A stretch of DNA of 64,000 nt from Azolla caroliniana (lineage: Eukaryota; Plantae; Polypodiophyta): positions 20,150,001 through 20,214,000 of the forward strand of contig JBHGNT010000011.1 of assembly GCA_043228905.1 (NCBI GenBank), written 5' to 3'. Both the position numbers and the translations under genes were made by a program. The notes beneath the pieces are model-generated. The model worked only from the letters and a program-made list of their open reading frames with translations, had not been told where the DNA came from and ran no database searches. Shown one piece after another: positions 62,607 to 64,000 of this stretch; position 1 is the stretch's first letter; each line of letters starts with the position of its first letter.

Positions 62607-63092
62607 CTGGCCAAGCCGGAATTTGATGGTGACGAGGATGAGGGAGGAACGCAACACACTTACTGACTGATAATGGTGAGGGAGCTAAACACAAGAGAGA
62701 ATACTGTTGTTTATAGTATTTAAGGCGAGATCCAGAAGCGGAGAAGAAGAAGAACAGCAGTGGAGAAGAAAAGAGGGAATGGAAATTGTAGTGTGGGAGA
62801 GAGAGAGAGAGAGACAGAGGCAAGAGGACTCTTATCCTCCGTTTGCTCTTTCCCCTGTTCTCCACCAGGCTCTCAGAGCCAGAGAAACAGAGAGAGAGAG
62901 AGAGAGAGAGAGGAAACGTTTGTGTTTTTGTTGTTATATACAGGATTAGAAGCTTTTTGCGCTTTCTTCTCCACCGACTGATCTCATCTACTAACTACTA
63001 CATACTACATACTACATACATACTCACTGACTCTTCTCTCCGTCTCTCAATCAATTTGAGTATACATATGAGCATATAACAAACATACTGAC

Positions 63093-63095
<3 letters not shown>

Positions 63096-63144
<49 letters not shown>
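63096..63144. repeat. (GA)n microsatellite upstream of CIPK
   Basis: Direct reading; similar GA/CT tracts occur near the 5' ends of TCTP (8455-8481), PRORP, the coiled-coil gene and BRK1. Confidence 0.95.
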
Positions 63145-63149
<5 letters not shown>

Positions 63150-64000
63150 ATATGTCGTTATGAGAAGCTAGAAGAAGGAAGGAGAAGAGGAAGCATGTGG
63201 AGAGAGAGAGAGAGCCATAACAAAAGAAACATCCACCTCACCAAACAGTAGTCGAGAAGTATGTGTGTGTGGCAGAGTGGAGCAAGTGGCATCGATTTAG
63301 TCGTCTTTTTGATACCCTGCCCCCACCGGGCCCCCACCCCATCCCTCCCCCCTCTCGACTCATGTTTTGATGTTTCGACATATAGTTCTCTCGCCAATTG
63401 GTATAACAGTTTAGCAAAAGGTTGAGATCATTCGCTTTATATGTTAATATAATATCATGGTAGTTGTAGTGCATGAAACAATAAGGATTCTAGATAGAGC
63501 CCACAGCTTGTAGGTGGTGTTGATTGATAACCTAAATAAATAGCTTACTACTAGTAGGGGTAACTCCCACTCCAACAATCTCTCTCTCTCTCTCTCCACT
63601 AAAGATAGAGGAGAAAGAAACAACCAAGGTCTCATCTTTGTCTTTGTCTATTTCTTTTTTTTAGTCAAAGTAGTTTCTATGTTAAAGTAGTGTGACAATT
63701 ACAAAAAATTATCGATGCCCCCCTATTGTAATAGTGAGGATCTTATGGCTATGTATATTATACCCTCGAAGGTTTTGTAACACTAGATCACATAACAACT
63801 CATCCAATCGAGCCATACACCCTTATATATATCTAAGGTAGTGAAACACTACCTTATATAATGGGTTGGGTGAAGCTTTGGCTCCTTGGAGCAAAAACCA
63901 CTAAAAGGGACATAACCACCGAAATGGCTTTAGCAATAATGCATGCTTATATCCTCATTGATCACTCGAGAAAAAAAAGTCCTATCTAAAATGAATCAAT

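Overview
Eukaryotic, AT-rich, intron-containing plant nuclear DNA. It is most likely from a fern: the PPR protein has 36-aa 'LL'-type motifs giving a 102-aa P-L-S period (inference). Nine protein genes could be reconstructed from GT-AG exon structure and family motifs: SYT6/NTMC2T3-type synaptotagmin (5'-incomplete), TCTP, PRORP (protein-only RNase P), a type II membrane coiled-coil/acidic protein, RPL7a (eL8), a PLS-E PPR protein, a single-exon MLKL-like HeLo-pseudokinase with an extra C-terminal pseudokinase, BRICK1 and an intron-rich CIPK. There is also a tRNA-Thr(AGU). Intergenic DNA holds a non-autonomous hAT element with an 8-bp TSD, a decayed LINE plus a truncated copy and a possible partner SINE, MITEs, tRNA-derived SINE heads, LTR remnants and PPR relics. 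The most notable signals are (1) the HeLo + tandem-pseudokinase MLKL architecture, (2) a diverged inverted duplication of the PPR gene's own 5' region just upstream of it, a possible hairpin/siRNA or proto-miRNA source, and (3) a LINE/SINE set sharing a 3' stem-loop and microsatellite tail. All alignments were done by eye and family assignments rest on recalled motifs; no searches were run.
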